Source: a virus
Taxonomy: Duplodnaviria > Caudoviricetes
Length of the DNA: 64,000 nucleotides
IMG/VR virus record: IMGVR_UViG_3300045391_006539
Strand: one strand, 5' to 3'
Shown here: positions 28,262 to 37,686 of the stretch, in pieces
How positions within the stretch are numbered: the first letter of the stretch is position 1
How the letters are laid out: every line of letters begins with the position of its first letter
The notes under the pieces: generated by a model
Databases searched by the model: none
Told to the model about the DNA's origin: nothing
Seen by the model: the letters and a program-made list of their open reading frames with translations, nothing else
Program-made: the position numbers and the translations under genes

Positions 28262-31200
28262 AGGTCCTCGAAGATGGGTCGATGGCCGTGTCCAACGGCT
28301 CTCGGGTGGTCATGCAGCTCGTATTCGAAGGGGCCGTTCTCTTCGAGCGGCCACTGATTGAGGTGTCGTCTGAGTTTCTTGCACATCCCGATGAGCGTGC
28401 CAATGTCGTCCTCGTAGATGAGGATGAGGGGCGACTTCTTACCCGCTTTCTGTCGGGTCGGTCTACCCATGACCTGCTGCAGCATGTTTCTGCTGGAGAA
28501 AGGCATGCTCATGAGCACGGTATCGAGGGACTCGTCATCGAGTCCTTCCTTGCCATACTTCGTGATGGCGAAGACGACTTTCTTGGTCTTGATGTATTCC
28601 ATCCTGGACTTCGCGTCCACGGCGTGAATCATGAGGCCAGCCGTCGTCAGGTTCTCGGTGAGCCACTTTCGATATGCCTTCTGGCGTGAGCGAAACATGC
28701 TCGAGACGAGCTGGTGAACGTCGTCCTGCTGGAACTGCAGGTTCAGGTCGGCCACACGTGCTCGTGCCTGCATCCCTTCTTCGCTGTCCGGGTCTATCCG
28801 CTCGAGCCGCTTCGTGATTTTCTCGAGTGTCGTGACCAGGAATGCACGCTGTTCCGTGGAGAGCTCGACGGGTGGCAGATGCTTGCCAACTTCGGCGGGC
28901 GTCGGAATGGGGATGTCGGTATAGAGAGAACCAGGTATCGGGCTAGACCAATTGCGCATCGTCCAGAGCGCACATAGATTGACGGCCTCGTCGATGGCAT
29001 TGCAGAGTACGAGGACCTTGCGCCCGGCCTGCACGGCTGTATCTACGTCGTTCAGAATCAGGTTCAGCCGTCGCGGCCAGCGCCCGAAGAACGAGGAGAC
29101 CTTGGACATGTGGACCTCTCCGTTGCGGTCGTAGACGTCACTCGTCGCATCCACCGAGAGCCCAGTCCACTTGAAGACGATGCGCGGCTTGATGGTGTGG
29201 GTGATGTCCTTGTAGATGGTCGGGCCCACGTGGTTGTCGTAGATGACGTTCAGGCCATCGTCTCGGACGGCCGTGGCTGTCAGTGCCAGGCGTACGCCTG
29301 GGAAGACCTCTGCTGCTGGCGCGAACGTAGACGCCGAGATGTGATGACAGTTGTGGACGAGTACGCCGTTGGCGAAGTAGTTGTGATTGCCTTCTACTTC
29401 GAGGTTATAGACCGCACTTTCTCTAGGCACTCCATCAGATTGCTCTCCACCTCCATGTTCGAGAATCTCAACATGGTCCACCCGGAGCGTTTCAAGAACT
29501 TCTCCTTCTTCACATCCCTCTGCTTTGCCTGGAGTGTCCCGTGCGACTTTCCGTCGACCTCGATGCCAATCTTCAAGGCAGGGTTGGCAATGTCTATCTT
29601 GTAGTGTGTTGGAAGGCCCTGATTGCGACTGAGTGGGCCAGTCCCCACCGAGAACTCCGCTGTCCAGCCCAGTGCCCTCAGGAGCATCTCCTGTGGCGTC
29701 GGGAGCGGCTTGCCATTTCCGCCCTGCATCTTGGGCTTGTGCCCTTTCTTCTTCAGTGTCTTTGAGACCTTCTCTCGGACACTCTTCTTTCGCATTGGGT
29801 TGCGAGTTTTCATCCGCTCGGATGCATACATCCGGTTCGTCTTTGCCATGGTCTCGGAGGACCGCATGCTCCTGAAAGCGCTGCCATGTTCTCGCGAGCA
29901 GTAGACTCGACCGAACTTTCTGTACTGGTCCTTCTGCCACTTCTTTGGAATTACTGGTGCGCTGCACCAGGAGCAAGTCAGCGTAAGCATGGTGTCTGAC
30001 TCTAACTAGGTCATCATGTTTACGCAAGGAGATTGCCGGGACATACCCACGGGATGTCCAGAATGGGTGGCCTGCAGTGCAGACCTGGCTCGTCCCATCT
30101 TCGAAGTGGACGTGGACGAGCCGTCGTGTGAATCCCGAGTGTGCCCGGAGAACTCGACGCCGCTCTATCGCGCCCGTCTCTAGGTTTGCCGAGAGGACAA
30201 TATCCCCTTCACATATGCTCTCAATGGGACGACCATCAACGAGAGTCCCAGCTGGGAAGCATTCATCAAAGACCACGCACTGAAACCAGTTCCTCACCTC
30301 ATTGGGTAGGTCATGTGCTAGGGCGCCGAGTGTGTGGTAGGTCGCCATTACTAGACCCTTCTTCCAGTCGAAGGTCCCAGCTTGAATACGCCCCACACCT
30401 CCGGGCACCTCCAGCACTTCGTCGATGGCTTGTAGCCATTGCTGAAGGAGATTAGTGTTGTCGACGACGACGAGCGCTGGTCCTCCCTTCCTCGCAATGA
30501 AGTCGAGGGCTATGACTGTTTTTCCCTTCCCACAATTGTGGATGACCATGCCGTTGGCCACGAAGTTGTTGTAGGGCGCCGGGCAGGCAATGTCGTAGAC
30601 CTCCTCTTCCCGCTTTTCAGTCATGGAGATGACCTTCACGGGAGTGGGATAGCCATCACCGATGGCAGCTGCTCCTGGCTGATGCTCGGCAAGGTGGTCT
30701 TCGATGGTTCGGACTTCGAGGTTGTCTGGGTGATTGTTCTTGTGGTTCCCGTCTTTGTGGTGAACGTGGAAGCGTGTTGGGTCGATGAATGCGAGGTCTG
30801 TCGTGAAGGACCCACCCCAGCGGCACCGGTTCCTGAACTCGTTGAGCGTCAGCTTGTTCAGCGTGGCCTCAGCGACTGCTCGGTGTTCCTCTAGGACTAT
30901 GCGCTGCTCGCCGCCCCGGGTCCCGTTCTTGTGGGCGAACGGATGTGAGTTGTACCAGGCCAAGCGCTTGTAGACAGGCTTGGACTTGCGACGCGGTGGT
31001 GCCTTACCGTCGACGATGACTTGGTCTCCGACCTTCAAACCGCTGAGCCGGCTCTTGTAGCCCCTCGTTGTCAGTACTTCATGGTCGGAGGTGAGCCACA
31101 GCCGTTTGCCATTCTCGAGCAGCAGCTCGTAGGTGTGCATCTTGTGTGGCTTCTTGATGATGCCAAGGATGGGCTGGAGACCAACTCGCCCGTCGAGGAG

Positions 31201-31728
31201 AGAGCGAATCTGCGTCGGGATGCTGGGGTCCCAGCTGTACCTGCCTTTCTCGTTGAGGCGCTGCCAGGCCTCGCGCACGGTGCACTTGAAGCCTTTGCCG
31301 GCGCGGTTGAGGTTGATGACCGTGTCGCCAGAGACGCAGCCGAGTTGCAAGATGCCGCTGTCGCTTCGGAGCAGTGCCTCGAGTGCCTTCCTCTGGACGG
31401 TCTCGCCCGTTGGCACGAGCTTGCCATTCACTCGGCGATGGTCGAGCTGGATGCGGCTCGTGATGCCTGTGGGCGTGTACTCGCGAGGTCTGCAGTCTAC
31501 GACCCTGAAAGGCATGCCTGAAGGACGCCAGAGATGCCTCGGCACGAGCAGGTGGTGCTCGGTCTCATCGAAGAGGTAGACGTACCGAATCTTCTCTTCC
31601 GAATACGAGTCTACGAAACGCATCGACAGCGCCTTCTTCACGGCGTCGACATCGACGGCGTGCTTCGGCACCCAGAACCAGTTGTCGATGTACCCCGTCA
31701 TTGGGTCTCTCTTTAGCGCTCTCATCAC
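28252..31728 (-). CDS. Superfamily 2 (UvsW/XPB-like) helicase with two inteins
   Basis: Spliced Walker A LG|CGKGKT, Walker B FDE|CHH, LTAT..RDDG, EGLD, QVMGR. Confidence 0.9.
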   Translation of the reverse strand: MMRALKRDPMTGYIDNWFWVPKHAVDVDAVKKALSMRFVDSYSEEKIRYVYLFDETEHHLLVPRHLWRPSGMPFRVVDCRPREYTPTGITSRIQLDHRRVNGKLVPTGETVQRKALEALLRSDSGILQLGCVSGDTVINLNRAGKGFKCTVREAWQRLNEKGRYSWDPSIPTQIRSLLDGRVGLQPILGIIKKPHKMHTYELLLENGKRLWLTSDHEVLTTRGYKSRLSGLKVGDQVIVDGKAPPRRKSKPVYKRLAWYNSHPFAHKNGTRGGEQRIVLEEHRAVAEATLNKLTLNEFRNRCRWGGSFTTDLAFIDPTRFHVHHKDGNHKNNHPDNLEVRTIEDHLAEHQPGAAAIGDGYPTPVKVISMTEKREEEVYDIACPAPYNNFVANGMVIHNCGKGKTVIALDFIARKGGPALVVVDNTNLLQQWLQAIDEVLEVPGGVGRIQAGTFDWKKGLVMATYHTLGALAHDLPNEVRNWFQCVVFDECFPAGTLVDGRPIESICEGDIVLSANLETGAIERRRVLRAHSGFTRRLVHVHFEDGTSQVCTAGHPFWTSRGYVPAISLRKHDDLVRVRHHAYADLLLVQRTSNSKEVAEGPVQKVRSSLLLARTWQRFQEHAVLRDHGKDEPDVCIRADENSQPNAKEECPREGLKDTEEERAQAQDAGRKWQAAPDATGDAPEGTGLDSGVLGGDWPTQSQSGPSNTLQDRHCQPCLEDWHRGRRKVARDTPGKAEGCEEGEVLETLRVDHVEILEHGGGEQSDGVPRESAVYNLEVEGNHNYFANGVLVHNCHHISASTFAPAAEVFPGVRLALTATAVRDDGLNVIYDNHVGPTIYKDITHTIKPRIVFKWTGLSVDATSDVYDRNGEVHMSKVSSFFGRWPRRLNLILNDVDTAVQAGRKVLVLCNAIDEAVNLCALWTMRNWSSPIPGSLYTDIPIPTPAEVGKHLPPVELSTEQRAFLVTTLEKITKRLERIDPDSEEGMQARARVADLNLQFQQDDVHQLVSSMFRSRQKAYRKWLTENLTTAGLMIHAVDAKSRMEYIKTKKVVFAITKYGKEGLDDESLDTVLMSMPFSSRNMLQQVMGRPTRQKAGKKSPLILIYEDDIGTLIGMCKKLRRHLNQWPLEENGPFEYELHDHPRAVGHGHRPIFEDLWT
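29350..30261 (-). mobile_element. Intein 2 (304 aa) in helicase Walker B, no in-frame endonuclease
   Basis: DE|CFPAGT, CTAGHPF, VYNLEVEGNHNYFANGVLVHN|CHH. Confidence 0.9.
29394..29990 (-). CDS. DUF559/Vsr-like PD-(D/E)xK endonuclease nested in the +1 frame of intein 2
   Basis: 198 aa: CSWC..YCS, basic NUMOD-like NPM...VREKVSKTLK, YKIDIA...IGIEVDGKSH...RD..K..FL...GWTMLRFSN. Confidence 0.8.
   Translation of the reverse strand: MLTLTCSWCSAPVIPKKWQKDQYRKFGRVYCSREHGSAFRSMRSSETMAKTNRMYASERMKTRNPMRKKSVREKVSKTLKKKGHKPKMQGGNGKPLPTPQEMLLRALGWTAEFSVGTGPLSRNQGLPTHYKIDIANPALKIGIEVDGKSHGTLQAKQRDVKKEKFLKRSGWTMLRFSNMEVESNLMECLEKVRSITSK
30535..31338 (-). mobile_element. Intein 1 (268 aa, HNH endonuclease) in helicase Walker A
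   Basis: CVSGDT, LTSDHEV, EHRAV..VHHKDGNHKNNHPDNL, VYDI...NNFVANGMVIHN|C. Confidence 0.9.
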
Positions 31729-31740
31729 ACCTCGTTGGAG

Positions 31741-31762
31741 CGGGGCGCCCGTAGGCGCCCCG
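31741..31762. other. Perfect 9-bp GC hairpin upstream of the helicase
   Basis: CGGGGCGCC-CGTA-GGCGCCCCG. Confidence 0.5.
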
Positions 31763-31767
31763 TATTC

Positions 31768-32403
31768 TCACTTGTCGTATCTGCGGAAGGGGTTGAAGTC
31801 GAAGAAGGAAGCTGCCGTGTGGGCCATGCCCTTCAGGGCAGAGCGTGCCAGCTCGTGGGCGAGTCGATGCGACCAGGGCACGTCATCTCGCACGGGTTCT
31901 GGGACCGTCAGATAGTAGGGCATTGGCGACCCTGGGACTTGGTATGGAGGAGAAACGAACTGAGGTCCATACTGAGCGACTACCGGCGGAACGAGAATTG
32001 GGTAGTTCGCAACACCTGGATTCTGAGGGTGGTGGACGTAGTACTGCGGAGCCGTGGGTTGTGGTTGCGGCTGATTGAACTGCGTGAACGGCACCTGCTG
32101 GGTTGGGGGTTGAGGTGGCGGTCTGGGTGGCGTATACGTGGGTGTCACGGGTGGCAGCAATGGTCTAGGTGGCGCCACGGGTGGGCGAGATTGCAGAAGT
32201 GACTGCGGCGGAATGACTTGCGGCGCTGGCTGCGCCGGTGCGGGTCGGTTTTCTGTGTGCTGTCTGCACGGTTCGAACCAGTTGCATCGCTCCCGGTGAT
32301 GGGTCTGGGTTTTTGGGTTCGTATAGACTGGGTCTAGTCCTCCTGCGCACTCCTTCTCGGTTGGGTCCCAGCTCTTGCCGAAGCAGCTGGGTTGGCTGGT
32401 CAT
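31768..32403 (-). CDS. Hypothetical protein: Cys-motif N-terminus plus Pro/Gln/Tyr-rich region
   Basis: AAGGAGG RBS; first gene of the (-) operon; ORF could start at 32412. Confidence 0.7.
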   Translation of the reverse strand: MTSQPSCFGKSWDPTEKECAGGLDPVYTNPKTQTHHRERCNWFEPCRQHTENRPAPAQPAPQVIPPQSLLQSRPPVAPPRPLLPPVTPTYTPPRPPPQPPTQQVPFTQFNQPQPQPTAPQYYVHHPQNPGVANYPILVPPVVAQYGPQFVSPPYQVPGSPMPYYLTVPEPVRDDVPWSHRLAHELARSALKGMAHTAASFFDFNPFRRYDK

Positions 32404-32444
32404 CAACAGCACCTCCTTTTGCTTAGATTGACCTCTCCATTCCC

Positions 32445-32452
32445 CTTATGCC
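32445..32452 (-). promoter_or_regulatory. Candidate phage promoter GGCATAAG heading the replication operon
   Basis: Divergent intergenic region; recurrent motif. Confidence 0.55.
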
Positions 32453-32476
32453 GTGAGGGGACTATCATTTGCGGTC

Positions 32477-32983
32477 ATGAAGAAGCTTTCTGGGCTGGTT
32501 CTCGACTACTACGATGACGTGGACGGAGTGGTCTTTCAGAAGCTCTCGTCAGCGGCGCCAGTCCTCTCGGGTTTGGAGAAGACGGCAGCGAGTCTCGACC
32601 CCGAAGCGCTCTCGCGTCTGCCGGATGACGTATTCGCTCTGCTCTTGCAGGATGGGGACACGAGTCTGCGCAAGTACGCGATGGCAGATGCAGGCAACAC
32701 GGCGCTCTCCATCGCCTACTTCCTCGAGCTCGGTCATCGACTGCCCGTCGAGGCCCAGAAAGTGGCGGCTGCCAATCTCATTCAGGGTTGCGAGTGGTAT
32801 GGCTTCCAACCACCACCCGAGCTCGAGAAGATAGCTCTCGGTCTGGGTACGGCCATTCACGGAGCACTCGTTTTGCCGGGTGCAATGAGTGAAGCGAAGA
32901 AGAACTTGCAGGCGGTCAAGGGCGCTCCCGGTATCATGACACCCGAGCAAATCAAGGCTCGCCGCATGCAGATGGGAGTGTGA
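32477..32983 (+). CDS. Putative virion head protein (K-x-A motifs)
   Basis: EKTAA, QKVAA, EKIAL; TATCAT 8 nt upstream; precedes portal. Confidence 0.6.
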   Translation: MKKLSGLVLDYYDDVDGVVFQKLSSAAPVLSGLEKTAASLDPEALSRLPDDVFALLLQDGDTSLRKYAMADAGNTALSIAYFLELGHRLPVEAQKVAAANLIQGCEWYGFQPPPELEKIALGLGTAIHGALVLPGAMSEAKKNLQAVKGAPGIMTPEQIKARRMQMGV

Positions 32984-32984
32984 C

Positions 32985-33827
32985 GTGAACGAACTCGAGA
33001 ACTACCTGATGGACAAGACGGCAGAGGTGGCGGGTACACACCTGATGCCTTCCAGTGCTCCAACGTACAGTGACCAGAACCGTAGCCCCACCAAGACCAT
33101 CAAGAAGGCCTCCCTCGGACAGCGGGTGGACGTTACCGGTGCGGAAGCATCCGGCGGAGGGGCTACCAAGCAGGCTCATCATTACGCTCTGCCTGGTCTC
33201 TCTCGCTATCCGCTGGATAGTCAGCTGCATGTGAAGCAGGCGAGTGCCTACTTCGAAGAGAACCACAAATCGATGGCGCCCGTGCATCGGCACGAGTACT
33301 GCGTCAACCTGGTCAAGCGCGCGAGTGCGCTCGGCATGAACGTCTCCGACCTCGCTCGTAAGTATGGCTCGGAAAGCTACGCGAGCGATGCGGAAATCGA
33401 GATTGCTCTGCTCGGTCGAGCGAGCGTCATCAAAGAAGCGATGCACCGCAGGGCGCTCAATGCTCTCGATGACCACCGCGCGCTGATGAAGCCGTCCGAC
33501 TTTGTCGTGGCGCTCGAGCAGTTTGACAAGGTTGCTGGTATCAGCCACCTCTATGACAGCCACGTGCTCGACCCCTACCTCTCGACCTTCGGGACCAAGA
33601 TGGCGAGTGACAGCGCCATCCAGGTCGACAACGAGTACATCCCGAGGGCAGACCTCGAAGCCTTTGCGAGGACCGATGCCAGCCGCCTCACCGACTCTTT
33701 CGGTGAGGACTTCGTCAAAGAGTTTCGCAAGGACCCGGTTGGTATCTTGAACAGCCTGCCGAAGGACCAGAAGAAGATGGTCATTCGTTTGGCCTCGAGT
33801 ACTCTGACGGACCCGACCTCCACCTGA
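32985..33827 (+). CDS. Putative virion head protein (K-x-A motifs)
   Basis: KTAE, KKAS, KQAH, KQAS, KMAS. Confidence 0.6.
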   Translation: MNELENYLMDKTAEVAGTHLMPSSAPTYSDQNRSPTKTIKKASLGQRVDVTGAEASGGGATKQAHHYALPGLSRYPLDSQLHVKQASAYFEENHKSMAPVHRHEYCVNLVKRASALGMNVSDLARKYGSESYASDAEIEIALLGRASVIKEAMHRRALNALDDHRALMKPSDFVVALEQFDKVAGISHLYDSHVLDPYLSTFGTKMASDSAIQVDNEYIPRADLEAFARTDASRLTDSFGEDFVKEFRKDPVGILNSLPKDQKKMVIRLASSTLTDPTST

Positions 33828-33828
33828 G

Positions 33829-34662
33829 ATGGAGCGCGAGGATGCAGAGAGCCGCTTCCGCCGCGCGTTGGCGGAGGTGCAGGCGTATCCGAGCTTGGTC
33901 AAGGCTGGGGCTGATTACATCCGCGACCGATTGCGCGAGGGCTCCGTTCCAGGCAACGACGATGATGATGACATCATCGAGACGACCGAGAACGACGATG
34001 GAAAGAAGGAGGCGGAGGCGTTACCGCCCCCGCCCCACATCAACCTCTTCCAACATCCAGATACACACCCAGCGATACTCGACATCCTCTTGCTGCGCAA
34101 GTACGGACCCGAGTGGATGCTCTGGGAGCCCGAGACGCTCGCGCTACGCATCCCGCTCGATTTTCACACCGGTGAAGTGAGCGACCTCAACATGCACAAG
34201 ATTCAGGCCATGAAGACCCTGCACGTGGTCGACAGTCCTTGGACGGCGTGGGAGGTCTTCGTGTGGTGTGCCATGCCACTCAACGGTCTGTTCCCAGACT
34301 TCGAGGTGATGCAGGTACCGACGGTGGCGCAGGTACTGGTGGCCATCGACGTCTTCAACATCGTCCGGCAAGACGTGACTTGGAGCGACGAGCTCGCGAC
34401 TTACCTCGGCACGGTCTGGCGGCACGAAGGTCTATTCGTTCCCGTCTCTCCTGCGGACTTCATCACCATCGATACGAGCGGGACGAAGCTCGACCTCGAT
34501 AAGATTCGGAGCATGTGGCCCGAGGTGCGGCAGAGTCGGAAGGCGCCCTCGGACGAGAATGCCGAGAGCGAGCAGCTGCGGCGCATGCTCGAAGCCGATA
34601 CCTACCTGCGCGAGTCGCAGGAACTGTTCGAGCGCCAGATGAAGGGAGTGCTGGGTGCCTGA
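33829..34662 (+). CDS. Hypothetical protein (head cluster)
   Basis: 277 aa, in operon. Confidence 0.65.
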   Translation: MEREDAESRFRRALAEVQAYPSLVKAGADYIRDRLREGSVPGNDDDDDIIETTENDDGKKEAEALPPPPHINLFQHPDTHPAILDILLLRKYGPEWMLWEPETLALRIPLDFHTGEVSDLNMHKIQAMKTLHVVDSPWTAWEVFVWCAMPLNGLFPDFEVMQVPTVAQVLVAIDVFNIVRQDVTWSDELATYLGTVWRHEGLFVPVSPADFITIDTSGTKLDLDKIRSMWPEVRQSRKAPSDENAESEQLRRMLEADTYLRESQELFERQMKGVLGA

Positions 34663-35662
34663 GTGGGTCAAGGAAGCGCTCGCGCCAGCAACCCTCGCGG
34701 CGATGAGCACGGCAGTCAAAGGCTTGGGGGCCGGGGCTGGGGTGGGCGGCCTGCTCGGCGCTGGTGCCGGTGGAGCCCTCGGGGCAGTCCAAGGGTACCG
34801 GCACCAGCGCCAGCACGGAGCCGACGTCGGTCACGCCCTCGCCGGGGGTCTGAGGGGAGCGCTTCCTGGCATCGGCGCCGGCGCCCTGGCAGGTGCAGGG
34901 GTCGGTGGTATCGCTGGGGCTTTGAAGCCAATGCAAGCGCTGGCCATGGGTCAGAAGCCCGGTCTCTTGCAAAGCGCGAGCCACTTCGGCCAGCGTCAAG
35001 TCCATGCCCTCACGGGCGTTGGCGGGGCCCAGTACGCGCGCTCGGTGGGCGGAGGCGCTCACGATGCCGTCGAGCGCTACGAGGCAGCCAGGAAGGCCGT
35101 GGACGCCGTTCACGAGCTGCACCCAGACCGGGTCCCGGCCATGCGCGAGTTCACCAAGGCCCGACAGTGGCGCGACGCCGCGCTCGAGAGCGAGCGTCAG
35201 GGTATTACCAGCTTGCCGGGCTATGCCAAGGCGCTCTGGAAGAACCCGGCCGATGCCGTGGCGGCTGGAGTCAAGGACCAGTGGCACAGCATGGGTACTG
35301 GGGGACGGGCGCTCATGTATGGCCTGCCCGCCCTCAGCGTGGCGGGCGAGCTCGCCCACTCCGAGGACGAGTCGGGTAAGGGCAAGGGCCGCTTCCAGCG
35401 CGCGGGTGAGATGCTCGGCACGGCGACGGGCGCCCTCGCACCTTTGCCCATCGTCGGTGACCTCGCCTTTGGTGGGGCGCTCTCGGGCAGCTTGGGACAG
35501 GTCGGCAAGCGTCTCGACACCCGCTCCGCGCTCCGCAATTTGCAGAAGCGTCGGGGTGAGCAGGTGTCGCTCCCGCCCGAGCCACGCGGCGAGACGACAC
35601 CGAGCGAGTACATCGCGAGCGACAGGGCCTCAGGGGTCATCCCAGAAAGCGTCACGGCATGA
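34655..35662 (+). CDS. Gly/Ala-rich (glycine-zipper-like) putative virion/ejection protein
   Basis: GAGAGVGGLLGAGAGG repeats; N-terminal VKEAL. Confidence 0.6.
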   Translation: MPEWVKEALAPATLAAMSTAVKGLGAGAGVGGLLGAGAGGALGAVQGYRHQRQHGADVGHALAGGLRGALPGIGAGALAGAGVGGIAGALKPMQALAMGQKPGLLQSASHFGQRQVHALTGVGGAQYARSVGGGAHDAVERYEAARKAVDAVHELHPDRVPAMREFTKARQWRDAALESERQGITSLPGYAKALWKNPADAVAAGVKDQWHSMGTGGRALMYGLPALSVAGELAHSEDESGKGKGRFQRAGEMLGTATGALAPLPIVGDLAFGGALSGSLGQVGKRLDTRSALRNLQKRRGEQVSLPPEPRGETTPSEYIASDRASGVIPESVTA

Positions 35663-37686
35663 GTTTCGTCGGCAGTATCTCGGCAGGCACGGCTGGTAGT
35701 CCTGGCCGCTTCATGGCGCAGACCCGGGGGCGGGTACAGGGCTCCGTCGCGAACGGGGTGAACTACCCGAGTCCGTTCTTCGACGTCGCTCATACCTATC
35801 TACCCGTCACCATCAAGCAGCTCTTTCGCTGGTGTCGGTACTACTTCCTGACCAATCCGCTCATCAACGCGACGGTCTTCAAGCTGTCCGAGTATCCCAT
35901 CACGGACATCATCATCGAGCACCCCGAGCCGAAGGTGCGGCATCGTTGGGAAGAGTACTTTCAGGACCACCTGCGCTTCCGCGCATTCCAGGTCGAGTGC
36001 GGTCTCGACTACCACGCTTACGGCAACATGCTCGGCTCGCTCGGGTTCCCGTTCAAGAAGTACCTCAGCTGCCGAGTCTGTGGCTTCAAGGAGCGGGCGG
36101 ACAAGATTCGCCAGCACTGGACCTTCACGAATACGGCCTTTCGCTTGACGTGTCCCACGTGTGGGCAGACGGGTGATGCCTCGGCGCGCGATATTTACTA
36201 CCGCAACGCGAGCGGCATCAACCTCATCCGCTGGAACTGCGAGCACGTCGAAATCAACTACAACGACGCGACCGGCGAGACGACGCACTTCTACACCATC
36301 CCGCCGCAGGTGAAGAACGACATCACCATCGGCAAGAAGGACATCGTCGAGAGCATCCCGCAGGTCTTCATCGAGGCCATCCGCCAGCAGAAGGGCATCG
36401 TCTTTTCGAAGGACAACCTCTTCCACATGAAGCGGGCGACGCTCGCCCAGCAGGACCGTGGTTGGGGCATCCCACTCATCCTGCCGGTGTTGAAGGACGC
36501 CTTCTACCTGCAAATCATGAAGAAGGCGCAGGAGGCCATCCTGCTCGAGCACATCGTGCCACTGCGCGTGCTCTTCCCCCAGGCAGGTTCTGGTTCGAGC
36601 GACCCGTATACCAGTGTGAACCTCGTCGACTGGCGCGACCACGTCGCGACCGAGATTGCACGCTGGCGTTATGACAATAACTACATACCTATTCTCCCTC
36701 TACCTATTGGCAATCAGACCATTGGTGGTGATGGCAGAGCTCTACTCCTTACTCAGGAGATTCAAATCTGGTCTGAGCAGATGATGGTGGGCATGGGCGT
36801 GCCCAAAGAGTTCCTGCTCGGCGGCATGAGCTACGCTGGCACCAACGTCTCCATGCGCATGCTGGAGAACGCCTTCATCGGCTACATCCTGCGCCAGAAG
36901 CAGATGGCGAACTGGGTCATGCAGCAGGTCTCGGCATTCATGGGCTGGCCTCGAGCGCAGGTGCGCTTCAAGCCGTTCAAGATGGCCGATGACATCCAGC
37001 GCAAGGCCTTCCTGTTCCAGCTCAACCAGGCCAACAAGATTTCCGACACCACGCTCCTCGCCGACTGCGACCTCAATCAGGAGGATGAGGACGAAGTGAT
37101 GATTCGCGAGACGTCCAAGCGTTTGCAGGCAACCAAGCTGCAGCAAATCGCCATGGCGCAGATTCAGGGCGAGGCCTCGGTCGTCATGGCCAAGTTCCAG
37201 GCCAAGGCGCAGCAGGTTTCCCAGGCGGTCCTGATGACCCCGCCGGCGCCGGGTGAGCCCGGGGCAGAGCAGGAGATGATGAACCAGGCCATGCAGGGGC
37301 AGGCGGCCCCACCACAGCTGCCTGCGGGCACACAGAGCCCGCTCAATGCGGGGCAGCAGGCAGGCGTCCAGCCCGCTCCTGATAGCCTCGCCGAGGCCGA
37401 CCTCAATGCCCAGGCGCAACAGGGTGTGGACATCCACCAGCTCGCCACCATGCTGGCCGAGCAGTATCTGTCGCTCGGTGCCGACGAGCAGCAAATGGCG
37501 CTCCAGAATCTCCAGGCTCAGAGTCCCGAGCTCGCGGAGCTGGTCTTGCAGGAAGTCCACCGCATGCAGGCACAGGGCATGGGTCCACAGCAGATGCCTG
37601 GGGCGCTCGGCGCGAGCGTCTCCCAGGTGGACACTAGACCTTTGCCCGAGCAGCGGGGACCTCGTCGCATGGCTGCATCCGTATGA
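35659..37686 (+). CDS. Portal protein
   Basis: R.CRYYF..NPLIN.....SEYP, FHMKR....GWGIP.I, GMGVP..L...SYA portal-like pattern; Zn-ribbon insert; Q-rich tail. Confidence 0.75.
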   Translation: MSFVGSISAGTAGSPGRFMAQTRGRVQGSVANGVNYPSPFFDVAHTYLPVTIKQLFRWCRYYFLTNPLINATVFKLSEYPITDIIIEHPEPKVRHRWEEYFQDHLRFRAFQVECGLDYHAYGNMLGSLGFPFKKYLSCRVCGFKERADKIRQHWTFTNTAFRLTCPTCGQTGDASARDIYYRNASGINLIRWNCEHVEINYNDATGETTHFYTIPPQVKNDITIGKKDIVESIPQVFIEAIRQQKGIVFSKDNLFHMKRATLAQQDRGWGIPLILPVLKDAFYLQIMKKAQEAILLEHIVPLRVLFPQAGSGSSDPYTSVNLVDWRDHVATEIARWRYDNNYIPILPLPIGNQTIGGDGRALLLTQEIQIWSEQMMVGMGVPKEFLLGGMSYAGTNVSMRMLENAFIGYILRQKQMANWVMQQVSAFMGWPRAQVRFKPFKMADDIQRKAFLFQLNQANKISDTTLLADCDLNQEDEDEVMIRETSKRLQATKLQQIAMAQIQGEASVVMAKFQAKAQQVSQAVLMTPPAPGEPGAEQEMMNQAMQGQAAPPQLPAGTQSPLNAGQQAGVQPAPDSLAEADLNAQAQQGVDIHQLATMLAEQYLSLGADEQQMALQNLQAQSPELAELVLQEVHRMQAQGMGPQQMPGALGASVSQVDTRPLPEQRGPRRMAASV

